A stretch of DNA of 64,000 nucleotides. Origin: Trichodelitschia bisporula. Lineage: Eukaryota. Below, piece by piece: positions 61,998 to 64,000 of the stretch. A program made the translations under genes and the position numbers. Location: contig ML996695.1 of the NCBI GenBank assembly GCA_010356995.1, positions 257,061 to 321,060 of the forward strand. Reading direction: 5' to 3'. Below the pieces are notes generated by a model that was not told where the DNA came from, did no database searches, and saw nothing but the letters and a program-made list of their open reading frames with translations. How positions within the stretch are numbered: position 1 is the first letter of the stretch; every line of letters begins with the position of its first letter.

Positions 61998-64000
61998 ATG
62001 GCCTCCGCACCTTACCATAACTCCGCCATTCCGGCGCCGCTACTGCCTCCTCCTACAGTCCACCATGCAGCAGTCGGCGCTCAAGCAGCGCCGCCTGGAA
62101 CGTTTGCGCCGGGAACCAAGGTGCAAGTCGGCCAGCACCGGGTTATCATCGAGAGATACCTGTCGGAGGGCGGGTTCGCCCACGTCTACCTCGTACGGAT
62201 TCCTCGAGCGGACAGCAAGCAAGATGTGGCGGTTCTCAAAAGAGTCGCAGTTCCGGACAAGGAATCGCTGGCGAACATGAGAACAGAAGTTGAGACTATG
62301 AAGAAGCTCAAGGGTCACCGACGTATTGTCACCTACATCGATTCACATGCGTCGCAGCTGAAGGGAGGAGGCTACGAAGTCTTCCTCCTCATGGAATACT
62401 GTTCTGGGGGCGGCTTGATTGACTACATGAACACTCGGCTCCAACATCGACTGACGGAACCCGAGATTCTCCATATCTTTGCCGACGTTGCCGAGGGTGT
62501 TGCCTGCATGCACTACCTGAAGCCTCCGCTTCTCCACCGCGATCTCAAGGTCGAAAACGTCCTCATCACCTCCGCTGGAAGCGCGAGAATATACAAGCTG
62601 TGCGATTTTGGCTCGGCCGCGCCGCCCAGACCGGCTGCGACATCCGTCGCCGAGGGAAGACTCATTGAGGACGATGTGCAACGGCACACTACGTTGCAGT
62701 ACCGGAGCCCGGAAATGATTGACGTGTACCGGAAGCAGCCTATCAATGAGAAGAGCGACATATGGGCGCTTGGTGTTCTCTTGTACAAGCTGTGCTACTA
62801 CACCACGCCCTTCGAGGACCAGGGCCAGATGGCGATCCTCAATGCAACGTTCAAGTTCCCTTCGTACCCGTCGTTCAGCGACCGGATTAAGAAGTTCATA
62901 AGTGAGTCGTCATTGTTTCCTCCTGACCGGGGCTAACGTATCCAGCCTCAATGCTCAGAGAACAGCCTCAGTTGCGACCCAATATCTACCAGGTCGTGCG
63001 CGAGGTGTGTTCAATGAGGGGCACAGAGGTACCAATCAAAGACGTAAGTAGCTTTGCGCTGCATATGGCTCACTGCAAGACACTAAATCCCGACGTAGAT
63101 ATATGCCAACCGCACAGAGTCAGAAAGTCACCAATATGAAAAGCTCCCATCACCGGATCCTTCATTGCCCGTACCTGGCGTTGTCGGCATACAGAAGGTT
63201 ACTTCTGTTCACGCACCGCAGCCTTTTATTCCAGAGATAACCCCAATGCGTCGAGGGAGGCCTACTGCTCAAACTCTTGCGCAACCGAGCGCCGCGAAAC
63301 GAACACCCGCCGGTTCAAGAGGCACGAGTAGTGACCCCTTTGCTGCTCTGGATTCCACCAACCCTTCAACCCGAGCAGTGGCTGTAGACGAGCTCTCGGC
63401 GAGGTTCCCGTCGCTTGACGAATTCACCTTGCTGCATGATAAGGGTGCCAAATTCGAGTTTGACTCGGCTCCCGCTGCAGACCCCAAACAGGAACAACTC
63501 AATAAGCGGGTGGCGGAAGTTTTAGCAGACCAGGCCTTTGCACAGGCGCGTTTGAAAAGTGACGACGCCGTTTCGGTTGCGAGGACCGAGCCAGCAACTG
63601 TACACACTCCTGCGCTTGGAAAACCGGCGGCCACTGATCTACACTTGCTCCAAGGAAGCCGCTCACAGCCATCACTACTATACGAGCCTACTCCACAACG
63701 ACCGGTGATGGTATCGACTGGCATTCAGACATCCCCGCCACCATCCCCTCCAGCGACATCTGTTCCTGAGAAGAGTCGCCCGGTATGGCGCGTTCCGAGC
63801 TCTAAAACGGCAAACAGCACTGTCATCGAGGTGCCTCCGGTTCCTGCACGAGAGCTAGAGCTACCACCACGACCGGAGGCGACGAGTTCACGGCCAAAGA
63901 TACTTGACCGCCACAGAACCAAATCCCAAACAATGACGCTGAGTCTTCCCAAGTCTCCCTCCTCGTCTCGCCCGTCACTTGAAGGCCGGCGTCCTTCGGC
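61998..64000 (+). CDS. Ark1/Prk1/Akl1 (NAK family) Ser/Thr kinase, 3'-truncated; exons 61998-62901, 62946-63043, 63099->64000
   Basis: LSEGGFAHVY, LMEYCSGGGLID, HRDLKVENVL, KLCDFGS, HTTLQYRSPEM and SDIWALG. The S/P-rich tail runs off the window. Confidence 0.95.

Noticed and set aside
1..64000. Secondary-metabolite cluster, Starship or autonomous transposon
   Set aside because: I saw no PKS/NRPS, tyrosine recombinase, transposase or reverse transcriptase motifs.

Overview
Gene-dense, intron-rich eukaryotic DNA from a filamentous ascomycete (Pezizomycotina; mostly 42-60 nt GT-AG introns with CTAAC/CTGAC branch points). I reconstructed 23 protein-coding genes by hand, most with splicing. Most are housekeeping genes: ureG, RRP12, MRPL16, SEC31, a PPIE-like RRM protein, COX12, MRPL33, RFC1, DPH1, SEC6, NDUFAF5, a GST, GRR1, an Ark1/Prk1-family kinase (truncated at the window end), a Y-family Pol iota-like polymerase and an S53 tripeptidyl peptidase. 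Several hypothetical or secreted proteins are also present. The ORF track misses two micro-exon genes that sit head-to-head ~250 bp apart: COX12 (with a 3-nt exon) and an NDUFA4/Min8-like protein (13- and 16-nt exons). A non-coding island at 8.1-9.75 kb holds a 97-bp-arm foldback, two to three diverged copies of a structured ~250-nt element, and a 211-bp hAT-type MITE with an exact 8-bp target-site duplication. Other points of interest are a probable GC-AG intron in DPH1 and a NYN/PIN-like plus triple-CCCH protein. I recognised no tRNA, rRNA, snRNA, CRISPR array or autonomous transposon. All family calls come from motif recognition, not database searches.
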